NCBI RefSeq assembly: GCF_006345805.1
Contig: NW_021824212.1
Location: 1-19,628, forward strand
Length of the DNA: 19,628 nt
Source of the DNA: Octopus sinensis
Lineage: Eukaryota
Direction of reading: 5' to 3'
A program made the position numbers and the translations under genes. Positions 1-10,709 of this stretch are shown piece after piece (position 1 is the first letter of the stretch; each line of letters begins with the position of its first letter). The notes beneath the pieces were generated by a model that saw only the letters and a list, made by a program, of their open reading frames with translations, made no database searches and was not told where the DNA came from.

Positions 1-639
1 AGGGCCGCTAAAGAAAAAAAATGGCGGTCACATTGTCAAATTCCTATGTTGAATAAAAACTAGAATAGTTTTTAAAACTTGTTCAACACCACAGCAGAGC
101 GAGAAGACTTATATGGGTGAGGAAGCACAAAAGTTTTATTTTTTATTTTTATTTTTATTTTTATCAGTGGGTCTTGTATTAACCGGTTTATGAAATATTG
201 TACATTAGCTCATGTGCAGTATCGCCCAACGTATATGAAACTCTGGGACCAAACAAAACTTTTGTTACGGATTCTAGAAATCTTTTTTAAAAACATACTT
301 TTGATAATTAGGAATGTACCAGTTGTCTCCCTTGAAATAATCCGCAGTGCAAGTAAAGATTCGTTGTTATGGTTTAGCTTTTGTGAACTGGTAATTACAG
401 AAACAAAATTTAACAAGATCTCAATGGGTTGGTGAGTTTGAAAATATTATTCAGTGAAACAACTTAATTTGCGCGAGAAATTTATTACGAAGCAAAAGTT
501 TTCCAAATAAAATTACTCCTATTCCCGATCTCATAGCAAGCAGCCTTGTTGTGTTTTACAATTTTGCGCGCTCTGCAAATTTTCTTTTTCCCACAATTTG
601 TTGTGTCTGGGGAGAGTCATTTTCTTTTTGTGCCTTATA

Positions 640-844
640 GGCGCAGGAGTGGCTGTGTGGAGAGTAGCTTGCTTACCAACCACATGGTTCCGGGTTGGTC
701 GCCACTGCATGGCACCTTTGACAAGTGTCTTCTAGTGTAGCCTCGGGCCGACCAAAGCCTTGGGAGTGGATTTGGTACGGAAACTGAAAGAAGCCCGTCG
801 TATATATATATATATATTATATATAATATATATATATATTGTAG

Positions 845-904
<60 letters not shown>

Positions 905-1100
905 TGTGTCTGTGTTTTGTCCCCCAACATCGCTTGATGTTGGTGTGTTTACGTCCCGTAACTTAGCGGTTCGGCAAAACAGTCTGGTAGAATAAGTACT
1001 AAGATTACAAAGAATAAATCCTGGGGTCGATTTGCTCGACTAAAGGCGGTGCTCCAGCATGGCCGCAGTCACATGACTGAAACAAGTAAAAGAGTAAAAG
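640..1100 (+). mobile_element. SINE family A, full length (tRNA-derived head, body, internal (TA)/(TG) microsatellite, 3' tail ending in GTAAAAGA repeats)
   Basis: Head GGCGCAGGAGTGGCTGTGTGG (A-box-like) followed by GGTTCCGGGTT (B-box region), internal microsatellite at about 801-910, tail GAAACAAGTAAAAGAGTAAAAG. Colinear with several other copies in the window. Confidence 0.9.
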
Positions 1101-1157
1101 GGTATAATTTAACACACACGCCGGTAAAATTTCCACTTTTTCTTTATTTATATTTTC

Positions 1158-1197
1158 CTAAAATTTTCGTTGCGTCTTGCAACCTTTTCAATAGTCT
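1158..1197 (-). ncRNA. Degenerate minimal hammerhead-like motif (U3-A8 variant core), probably in a Penelope-like remnant
   Basis: Minus strand reads CUA-UUGAAAA-G-GUUGC(AAGAC)GCAAC-GAAA-AUUU-UAG. Stem II is a perfect 5 bp and AAAAUUUU is palindromic, but stem I is only 3 bp. Confidence 0.3.
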
Positions 1198-1239
1198 TGA
1201 CTCTATTTTAATAATTTCCATCAAATTTCTATGTTATAT

Positions 1240-1282
<43 letters not shown>

Positions 1283-1392
1283 TTGGTGAACGAATTTCGT
1301 TTTTTTGCATTTACGGATCCACATTCATAGAGTACATTTAACAAGGGAGGCAACTTAGGTACATGTTATATGTACTTCGTTCGTGCGTGCGT

Positions 1393-1744
1393 GCGTGCGT
1401 GCGAACGGTCGGATATATTGCGTGTGTGCGGCTAGCTGGCAGAAACGTTAGCACGCCGGGTGAAATGCGTTGCCGTATTTCGTCTGCCGTTACGTTCCGA
1501 GTTCGAATTCCGCCGAGGTCGACTTTGCCTTTCATCCTTCCGGGGTCGATAAATTAAGTACCAATTATGCACTGGGGTCGATGTAATCGACTTAATCCGC
1601 CTGTCTGTCCTTGTTTGTCTCCTCTGTGTTTAGCCCCTTGTGGATAGTAAAGAAATATATATTGCGTGTGTGCGTACCTATGCGCGTCCGTGCGTGCGAG
1701 CGGACAGGTGTATTGCGTGCGTGTGTACCTATGCGCGTCCGTGC
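1393..1744. repeat. About 51-bp tandem minisatellite (about 2 units) interrupted by a family B SINE
   Basis: Unit approximately CGTGCGTGCGARCGGWCRGRTRTATTGCGTGYGTGYGTACCTATGCGCGTC, seen at 1393-1430 plus 1675-1688 and again at 1689-1739. Confidence 0.7.
1431..1656 (+). mobile_element. SINE family B (tRNA head plus Meta/Sauria-like central domain), full length with target-site duplication (TSD)
   Basis: A-box AGCTGGCAGAAACGTTAGC, B-box GAGTTCGAATTCC, central GCCTTTCATCCTTCCGGGGTCGATAAATTAAGTACC. Perfect 18-bp flanking repeat ATATATTGCGTGTGTGCG at 1413-1430 and 1657-1674. Confidence 0.9.
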
Positions 1745-1873
1745 ACCTACAAACGTTACAAACTTTAAACACGGAATAGTGTTGTTCATAATGTATTCCG
1801 TTTGCGTTCGATGACCCAATTCCGTCGTTATTCCGAATCTCTCAGATTTTCTGCATTGATTGAACAATAAATA

Positions 1874-2316
1874 CTCTTTTACTCTTTTACTTGTTTCAGT
1901 CATTTGACTGTGGCAATGCTGGAGCACGCGCCTTTAATCGAGCAACTCGACCCCGGGACTTATTCTTTTTGTAAGCCCAGTACTTATTCTATCGGTCTCT
2001 TTTGCCGAACTGCTAGTAACGGGAACGTAAACACACCAGCATCGGTTGTCAGTCATGTTAGGGGGACAACCACAGACCACAAACACACACACGCAAATAT
2101 TATATATATATATAATATATATATAATATATATATGCATGTTATATGCATGTATATATACATGTAGATGTCGGTACGTACATATATGTTTGGTATGTTGC
2201 ATATATTTTATTTATTACACTATTGTCTGACAGCGCTTCGCGTCTGGTTCGTTTGAATTTTTCGATTTTTCGAATTCTCACTTCGTTTCCGTTCCCCTCC
2301 TCTTTGTCCGTTTTTA

Positions 2317-2356
<40 letters not shown>

Positions 2357-2535
2357 ATATATAATATGCATATTACGACGGGCTTCTTTCAGTTTCCATC
2401 TACCAAATCCACTCACAGGCTTTGGTCGGCCCGAGGCTATAGTAGAATACACTTGCCCAAGGTGCCACGCAGTGGGACTGAACCCGGAACCATGTGGTTG
2501 GTAAGCAAGCTACTTACCACACAACCACTCCTGCG
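1874..2535 (-). mobile_element. SINE family A, full length, central (TA)n interrupted by a non-microsatellite insert (about 2205-2322)
   Basis: Reverse complement of 640-1100: tail at 1874-2090, head at 2375-2535. Confidence 0.9.
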
Positions 2536-2613
2536 AATACATTTCAAAATTAATTGAATTTTGAATTTTGAAGTCTGATGTCGGTGGAAGTTTTTGAAGA
2601 TGACAAGGATGAA

Positions 2614-2760
2614 TGTGGTGGTGGTGGTGGTGGTGGTCGTCGTCGTCGTCGTAGTCGTCGTCGTCGTCGTAGTCGTCGTCGTCGTGGCAGTTGCTGGTGA
2701 CAGTGGTCATGGATGGAGGTGGTGGTGGTGGAGGAGGGGGAGGGGTATAATGATGGTAAG
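2614..2760. repeat. (GGT)n/(CGT)n compound trinucleotide microsatellite
   Basis: Directly visible. It generates the spurious poly-H/D/P/V ORFs. Confidence 0.9.
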
Positions 2761-2991
2761 TGGTCGGCTGTGGATTCAGGTTCATCGTCGCTTCTGATGA
2801 TCCCGAAGGTATAGTTGACACATGGTCGAAGGCGTTCCTGCCATGCCCTTTCTTTCTCAGAATATGCATGCAAGAGGTCATTCGCCAAAGGTATTAGTTG
2901 GGAGTGCTTTGAGGAAGATTAGGCAGCTCTTTCTACCAGACCCAGTTCCATTATAGAAGTCCACTTCATTCGTTCATTTATATATATGTTC

Positions 2992-2994
<3 letters not shown>

Positions 2995-3022
<28 letters not shown>

Positions 3023-3478
3023 CACGTGTGTGTATGCATGTTTGTGCGTATGTATGTGCATATGTAAGTATGTATGTATGCGTGTTTGTATTTATATATG
3101 TGTGTATGTATGTGTGTACGTATGTGTGTATATATATGTGTGTATGTGTGTATGTGTGAATGTGCGTAGGTATGTGTGTGTTTGTGTGTGTATGTGGATG
3201 CGTATGAATAGGAGTGTGCATATGTAGCGTGTATATGTATTTCATACGTACATGCGTGTATGTATGTATATATGTAGACGTATATACATACACATATATA
3301 CATACATATATATACATACATGTGTATGTGTGTATATCTGTATGATGTGTGTACGGATATATATCTACATGTATATTTTTTTAGTGCGTACGTACGTGCT
3401 TTTCTTCGGCAATAACATTCTCACAGTGAAAGCGTCCCTGTATATTGCACAAACCGACGGATTGATTGATTGACTGAC

Positions 3479-3509
<31 letters not shown>

Positions 3510-3510
3510 C
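2995..3510. repeat. Degenerate (TG)/(TATG)/(TACA) microsatellite followed by (GATT)n
   Basis: Directly visible. Confidence 0.9.
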
Positions 3511-3654
3511 TAAAAGATTAAGCAAACAATTTCTTAGTTAACTGGTTAAATGATTAACCAACTGACAAATAGTAAAGAGGTAAAATAGAACCAGTGCGTG
3601 TGTTTATTATTAGCATAATGACCCTACCTAAATGCAAGAAAATATCTGTACATG

Positions 3655-3992
3655 CATGTATGGTATGTATGTATGTATGTATGTATGTATGTATGTATGT
3701 ATGTATGTGTGTGTGTATGTATGTATGTATGTGTGTATGTATGTATGTATGTATGTATGTATGTATGTATGTATGTATGTATGTGTGTAAGTATGTATGT
3801 GTGTATGCAAGCATGTATGTATGTATGTATGTATGTATGTATGTATGTGTGTATGCAAGCATGTATGTATGTATGTATGTATGTATGTATGTATGTATGT
3901 ATGTATGTGTGTATGTATGTATGTATGTATGTATGTATGTATGTATGTATGTATGTATGTATGTATGTATGTATGTATGTTCTATGTATGCA
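3655..3992. repeat. (TATG)n tetranucleotide microsatellite with higher-order duplication
   Basis: Long TATG run. The variant GTGTGTATGCAAGCATG occurs twice (about 3800 and about 3850). Confidence 0.95.
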
Positions 3993-4000
3993 TGCGTAAA

Positions 4001-4314
4001 GGTGCGTGGTTTAGTGGTTTGCGTATACAGTTTCAAATTGTAAGATTCAGAAGTTCAATTCCTGGTGGCACATTGAGCCCTTGAGCAAGTCACTTTATTT
4101 CACGTTGCTCCATTCCACTCAGCTGGCATAGACGAATAGTATTTCAAAAGGCCACCTGAATCACACTCTGTGTCGTGCTGAATCTCCCCGAGAACTACGT
4201 TAAGGATACACGTGTCTGTGGAGCGCTCAACCACCTGCACGTTAATTCCACGAGCAGGCTGTTCCGTTGATCAGATCAACTGGAACACTCATCGTCGAAA
4301 CCAACGGAGTGCCA
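4001..4314 (+). mobile_element. SINE family C (diverged tRNA head plus V/CORE-like domain)
   Basis: A-box GTGGTTTAGTGG, B-box AGTTCAATTCC, then CCCTTGAGCAAGTCACTTTATTTCAC resembling V-/CORE-SINE domains. Confidence 0.7.
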
Positions 4315-4592
4315 ATTTTAAAAATGTGTATTTTCAAATGATTTTTCTTTATATATATGTGTTTGTGTGTGTTGGTGTTCAAAAAGTGCTATCACCATTC
4401 GAATCACTATAGACATTAAAAACACGACTGACTTCTCACTTTTAAATCATCATTGAAATTATTATAATTTTTCTTGTTTTTAATAGATTTATTTGATCCT
4501 TTCCTTTCCCTTACATCTATGGCCTGACACCCCTGGCTACAGATACGATTCTTCATTGTAAGATACTCTTTAATATTCCGTAGTGCAGTAAC

Positions 4593-4810
4593 ACGGTGAG
4601 CTGGCACAATCGTTAGCATTCTGTGCGAAATACTTTACCATATTTCATCTTTCTTCGCGTTCTGAGTTCAAATTCCTTCGACGATGACTTTGCTTTTCAT
4701 CTTTTGGGGATCGACAAAGTAAGTGCCAGTTTGACTACAGGGGTCGATGCAATCGACTTACCCACCTTCTCGAAATTGCTGGCCTTGTGCCGCAATTCGA
4801 AACCAATATT
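4593..4810 (+). mobile_element. SINE family B, older subfamily with a different 3' tail
   Basis: Aligns to 1431-1595, then diverges (TTGCTGGCCTTGTGCCGCAATTCGAAACC). Confidence 0.8.
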
Positions 4811-4874
4811 TTACAGTGAAATGGGTGTTAGTGACTACTCCACAGATATGGTATAAAAGGATTTGTATAATAAA

Positions 4875-5373
4875 CTAGCAGTATCGCCCGGCGTTGCTCG
4901 GGTTTGTAAGGAAATAACTATATAAGCATTTTTAGAGAGTTACTTCCCTTATATTCGGGCTTTCTTAGCCATTTTTGTTTTGGTGTCTTCAAGCCATGAA
5001 GTCGTTGTTCTAAAAGAACGCTGGTTTCCTTCACAACGCATTACGACGTTGATTTCTTTACACTCCCTTCCCCACAGCTTCACGAGGAGGGAAGGGGGAG
5101 AAGCAAACAGAGTGCAGCTGTGAGCGTGGACGCCAACTCCGCCGCCATCGACACACGAAAAATTATGCATTAAAATGGAATAAAAAATGATGTTAAATTA
5201 TTTTTAAAATCGTAGACTCATCGTTGACGCGCTAATAGCCAGACGGGCTCGATATGAATCACGACTATAAGATACCCGAATTTGGTTAAACTGCACGGCA
5301 AAATGTGGGAGGAGTTAGGAATCTAAATCGAAGGGGACAGACACTCACACAACTACAGTTTTATATATATAGA
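4875..5373 (-). mobile_element. Non-autonomous Helitron
   Basis: Minus strand starts TC (TCTATATATATAAAA) and ends CTAG. GC hairpin CCCGAGCAACGCCGGG about 12 nt from the 3' end, inserted between A and T with no TSD. Second copy at 15835-16227. Confidence 0.88.
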
Positions 5374-5469
5374 TATATTGTTATTACAAGGCGACAGTAT
5401 TATTTAATAGTAATGCTTCTGTTGTTATTTTGTTCACAGTAGTTTTAAACACATTCTTTTATACTTTTA

Positions 5470-5522
5470 TTCTTTCACTTGTTTCACTCATTTGACTTCA
5501 GCCATGCTGGAGCACCGCCTTT
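5470..5522 (-). mobile_element. 3' tail fragment of SINE family A (or of its partner LINE)
   Basis: CTTGTTTCACTCATTTGACTTCAGCCATGCTGGAGCACCGCCTTT matches the tail of the other copies. Confidence 0.75.
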
Positions 5523-7579
5523 CACTTGTAAACAGAAGAAAAATAGTTCTTTTCTTCCATCCCACCTATTTTTTTCTTTCACTAACAAAGAAAGATAAAA
5601 GGCGATCAATACTTTATTTTTATTTTTCACTAACGGGCTTTTCTGATCTATTATTGTTCGGCTTTAATTATTGCCAGAAGTTTCTTGATCCATTGTGCGA
5701 TATCAATAACACAAGAAAAATGTATTATGACAGGAAAATTGTTTCCATCATACGTATTAGTTTCTCAGATTTCACTGCTCGATTCTCAGCGAAGCATTAA
5801 TTTGCCCCTTGTGTTAGATATTCATTATTTTGTACTGTATAATTGTATAATCTAGTTTTATTTTTTGCTTTCTTTTGTTTTTAAACTTTTTGTTGTTAGG
5901 GAGGCGAAGTGTGTCGCGTCGGTGACACACTTATTTGACCAAAAGCTGGAAAGCTTCCAATAAAATAACGGTATTGCACAACCAATATTCGCTTGATATA
6001 AAAAAAAGGTAAAGCTTTCCATTTTTGCAAGCGTGAAAAATGTTATATTTCCAAAAAAGGAAAAAAACATTCAATTCCTTCTTTCTTTCCTTCTTTCTTT
6101 CTTTCTTTCTTTCTTTATTTATCTATTTATTTATTTAATTATCTATTTCATGAAAAACATTTGTCGCCAGCTTTCCATTTGTTCTACTGTTCTGTATCAC
6201 TGCTCTTTTGAATCTACTCTAAAACTCCCAACAGAAAATCCCCTACCGCTTGTTACCGATCGTTCCCGTCAACCTTCGATTAATTCTTTCCCTAATGCAG
6301 TCGTCAAAGCCGTTTAAACTCCAGTAACCAAATCTTTCTCAAGAATTTATTGTCTGTGTAGCCGATCAGCCTAATTTAACAGCACTCAATGCTAACCCTT
6401 TCTAATGACCCAAGGAATAATATTGCTTTTTTTTCTAGCGCCACACAAGCTCATTCGAGAAATACAATACTTGTCATACAGTTTGAATTTTCTGATCAAG
6501 TTAGAGAGAAATTTATATCTACTTCCTTTAACAACTTGCATACAATCCCAGCGTGCCACCAAGATGCTGTTCCAATCTTCTGCTAGCACTAATGAACAGA
6601 GCATTCTAAAGAATGCATCAGCGACTGAAGGAGCCTGGGCAACCTAAGCCAGTTATATATGCTCAAATAATTACCAGCGTAATTCACCGTCTCCGTGGTT
6701 GGTCACCTAAAAGACCACCGATTTATCATGTAGGTCCATGAAGATCGCCTATACTTCGAAATCCAGACCATTACAAACACTGGCTCGAGAACGAAATTTG
6801 CTTAGAGGGCGCAAGACCAGGTCCAAATTTATTTTTACAAACCAGGTTTTATTGCTTTTTTATTTCTATTCTTTGTTCTTTGAAAAGAACCCTAACTTTG
6901 TGCTACTTTTTACAGATCACATTTACAGTTTTCTAAATCTGAGAAAAGAATGTGAGGGTGAAAATTTTGATTTTGCACCACCCAACACAAAAACAAAAAA
7001 CGATGGGTCGGTGCGCTGCACTCTTCGCAACTCTTGTTCCTGGGCCTATGATTACAAAATATCATTGTCTCTCTTCTCAATTCGAGCCAGAAAAAAATGA
7101 GTATAAAAACAAGATATTCTGGTTCCACCGAAGGTTACCGCTTTTCATATTAAATATTAGAAATCGAGAAACAAAAGACCTTTCTTCAATTCCGATTTCA
7201 TGACATTCACATTTAATCATCTGACTCTCAATAATCACATAACGAACGCTGAGTATCTGTAAAAGGGTCAACAATCTATTATTTAAGACCACAGAGTAAT
7301 CCGTCTCTTCGAGGACTTCATATCTATCCATGCAACAACCATGACTACCCACCCAGTACGTTAACAGCTACGGATAAATAACGAAATGCATTATAATCGA
7401 AATAAGCGAAACTGAGTTTATTGAGCGAGGTACCCTGTGAAAAGTTACCTGACGAGACACATCCGCACCGAAACATGCACAGAATCTCACCCGCGAGGAA
7501 CCGATGCAAGATAGGTCGAAACGGTCGTTGTGATTAATAAAGAATCTTGTGAATCCCATTTTCTCTTCATTATATACAC

Positions 7580-7657
7580 ATGTTTGTATGTATGTATGTA
7601 TGTATGTATGTATGTATGTATGTATTTATGAATCTATCTATCTATCTATCTATCTTC

Positions 7658-7691
<34 letters not shown>

Positions 7692-7738
7692 ATATATATA
7701 TAATATATATATATATATATAAATACATATATATATAT

Positions 7739-7772
<34 letters not shown>

Positions 7773-7782
7773 GTATATTGTG

Positions 7783-7821
<39 letters not shown>

Positions 7822-7895
7822 GTATTTGTATATTATATTATATATATATATATATAATGTAGATGTGCGTGCTTGTGTGTGGTGTGTGGTGTGTA
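7580..7895. repeat. Compound (TATG)/(TCTA)/(TA) microsatellite
   Basis: Directly visible. Confidence 0.95.
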
Positions 7896-8329
7896 AACTG
7901 TTTCGCAAATGTATATAGATAACTGGCGGACATCTTGCCAGAATTTTTTCTTTTTTAGCTGATCTTTTAAAGAATTGACTAATATCATACGGACTTGGCT
8001 GCATTTGTTTCTTTGTTGAGAGGGAGACGGAGAAATGGGGGGGGGGAAGGGGGCGAGGTAAAAAAAAAGGAGACCTTACGAGATACAAGGGAGTAAATAA
8101 TGGCAGCCAGGTAAAAGTTAACAAAAGACTTTGCTTTTGAAAAGCTTGCTATAAATGCAATGTCAAAAGCAGGGAATAGAGAAAAGGATAGAAGATTCGA
8201 TTCTAGAAGTTCATAAAGTAAAGAAATATTCACAATGAAATGTCTATTAATAGGTTAGAGTCGATAAAAGCAGCAAATATAAATGTTTAGGAATTGTAGC
8301 TTAAGAAACTAATGTAACAATAGAATTAT

Positions 8330-8360
<31 letters not shown>

Positions 8361-8376
8361 CTATATATATATATAT

Positions 8377-8955
8377 AAATATTTTAATCTTCGGATTCTT
8401 TTTAATATGCTTAGACCACTGGTCTTAATTGATAAATATCAATTTTTACCTTAATTAATTTTATATAAATAAATATGTTCTCTAACCGATAAATTAACTG
8501 CTGCTAATTATTAGCTGCAGTCTAGTTTTCTCGGGTTCCAACGCGCCAAAGTAAAGGCATTTGAAAGTATATTCAAATGTAATAGGCTGAACTCCATGCA
8601 CGCGATATTTCGGTATCGTGTTTGCATCTAGTCCAGCAAATTACATTTATAACGGACCATGCTGATGATGGCTGCAGTTTTCCTTGCGGAAAATAACAGC
8701 TGAAACTAATTTAGTACATGGGTAATTATTTTATGTCGTATATTTTTCACTTGTTTATTGCTATGGTTTTGTGTTGAGTTTGATCTGAGAACATAATCTT
8801 TGTGGTGAATGGCGATTTGACGTCTATATCTAGCATGTTGACTGTCCACTTTTCGTGTTCAGTCCTTAATGGTATATATAAATATTTTAATCTTCGGATT
8901 CTTTTTAATATGCTAGACCACTGGTCTTAATTGATAAATATCAATTCTACCCTTA

Positions 8956-8969
<14 letters not shown>
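8377..8969 (+). mobile_element. HHR-containing non-autonomous retroelement (retrozyme-like or Penelope-like pseudo-LTR): 503-nt unit plus about 90-nt terminal direct repeat, in (TA)n
   Basis: 8377-8467 is near-identical to 8880-8969. (TA)n lies on both sides, there is no ORF, and a hammerhead lies at 8657-8721. Confidence 0.75.
8657..8721 (+). ncRNA. Type I hammerhead ribozyme
   Basis: Stem I CCAUG(8657-61)/CAUGG(8717-21); core CUGAUGA (8662-68) plus extra U; stem II GGCUG/CAGCU capped by UUUUCC-UUGC-GGAAAA; GAAA (8702-05); stem III CUA-AUU-UAG; cleavage triplet GUA, with the cut predicted after 8716. Confidence 0.85.
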
Positions 8970-9009
<40 letters not shown>

Positions 9010-9039
9010 ATATATATATTTATGTCAGCAAATGTATAT

Positions 9040-9238
9040 ACTCTTTTACTCTTTACACTCGTTTCAGTTATTGAATGTGGCCATGTTGGAGCACAGCTTA
9101 GTCGAGCAAATCGACCCCCCAGGACTTATTCTTTGTAAGCCTGGTACTTATTCTATCGGGTTCTTTTGCCGAACGCTAAGTTACGGGGAAGCGTAAACAC
9201 ACCAACATCAAGCGATGTTGGTTGGGGGACAAACACAG

Positions 9239-9329
<91 letters not shown>

Positions 9330-9710
9330 ATTAATAAGGGTGAGAGAATTAGATACTAATTTAATAGTATATCTATTCAACACCAAGTGGCCTAGTGCTC
9401 CGAGAAACCTGGATTATTATAATATTTTATAATATATTATAATATTTTTACAAAATAAATATAAGAGAGTGGTCACTATATGGCTCACTCTAGCACCAGT
9501 TAATCCAAAAGGTTGAAACCTTTATATATATATACATATATATATACGACGGGTTCCTTTCAGTTTCCGTCTGCCAAATCCACTCACAAGGCTTTGATCG
9601 GCCCATGACTGTAGGACAAGTTTTTTGCCCAAGGTGCCATGCAATGGGACTGAACATGGAAACATGTGGTTGGAAAGCAAGCCACTTACCACGCAGCCAC
9701 ACCTGCGCCT
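9040..9710 (-). mobile_element. SINE family A, full length, central (TA)n interrupted by an insert at 9328-9521
   Basis: Tail at 9040-9240 and head at 9546-9710, colinear with the other copies. Confidence 0.9.
9328..9521 (-). mobile_element. Probable 5'-truncated 3' end of a (TA)n-targeting Penelope-like element
   Basis: Embedded in (TA)n. Minus-strand end CTAGGCCACTTGGTGTT...AATTCTCTCACCCTTATTAATTA resembles the 8.4-kb element end CTAGACCACTGGTCTT...AATTCTACCCTTAATTAATT. Confidence 0.5.
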
Positions 9711-10307
9711 GTATATATAATATATATATTCTTATAATCTTATTGTTGCTGCTACCCTTGACGTCATTATCGTTGTTGTTGTTGTTGTTGTTGTTGACGC
9801 TGCTTTTGTTCAGTTACGTTCCTTTCTAGGGGACTTCTCTTGGGAATTTTATATTCAGCTTCGTCAGTAAACTTTTGAGATCCTTTTATTTATTTATTTA
9901 TTTCTGTTCTTTGTTCTTGTTTTGAGAAGAAAACCAGCTTCAAGCAACTTTTTACTGATCGATTTTTTTAGACACTATTTTCTAAACCTGAGAAAATAAA
10001 TAGTCGGGCATTGCCAACCAGTACACCCTTTTAGCTCCTCCTTTATCACTCCAATTTTTTTCAACAAACCCCCAGATTTTGCCATCGTCTTCAGTGGTGG
10101 AACCATACTGCCCACTTTAGTAACCACGGGTGTAGGTCATGGACTACATACAATATTCGATATATCCACCTGACTAATCCATCAGAAAAATTCACTAATA
10201 ATTATATAATTTATACGTTAATGATATTTTTTCTTTTTTTTTTGGTAAGATTCCTGTTGTGTAATCGTGTGCTGAAACAGATTTTGGTACACTTGAATGT
10301 CATTAAA

Positions 10308-10319
10308 TTATTATTATTA

Positions 10320-10402
<83 letters not shown>

Positions 10403-10637
10403 TATTATTATTATTATTCAGCAGTTTTATTTTTATAGCGTGCTTTCACTTCACTACCGAGCGCAGCTCTGTGTGCCTTGGGTATGTGCTGTGATTTGTT
10501 GTGATGCTCTGATGGTTATTGTATGGAAAGTGTTCTGCGTAGGAGTGTTGCAGTGCCTAGTAGTGCAATTTTCTGTATGTTATATGTGTTTGTAAGTCCT
10601 GGTGTTTTTGTTATGTATTTGTCTGAATTTTTTTTTA

Positions 10638-10709
<72 letters not shown>

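Noticed and set aside
230-420. Minus-strand CTADYFKGDN, resembling a mariner C-terminus
   Set aside because: It is a short motif in a stop-containing frame with no supporting catalytic motifs.
2793-2840. CTGATGA followed by GAAG
   Set aside because: No GAAA/UH geometry or consistent stems.
2510-4084. Long ORFs rich in H/T/Y, V/C/M/Y, poly-P/D/H
   Set aside because: They are translations of microsatellites, open in several frames and on both strands.
7431-7450. TACCCTGT, matching the miR-10 5' end
   Set aside because: Only 8 nt match, the rest differs and there is no hairpin.
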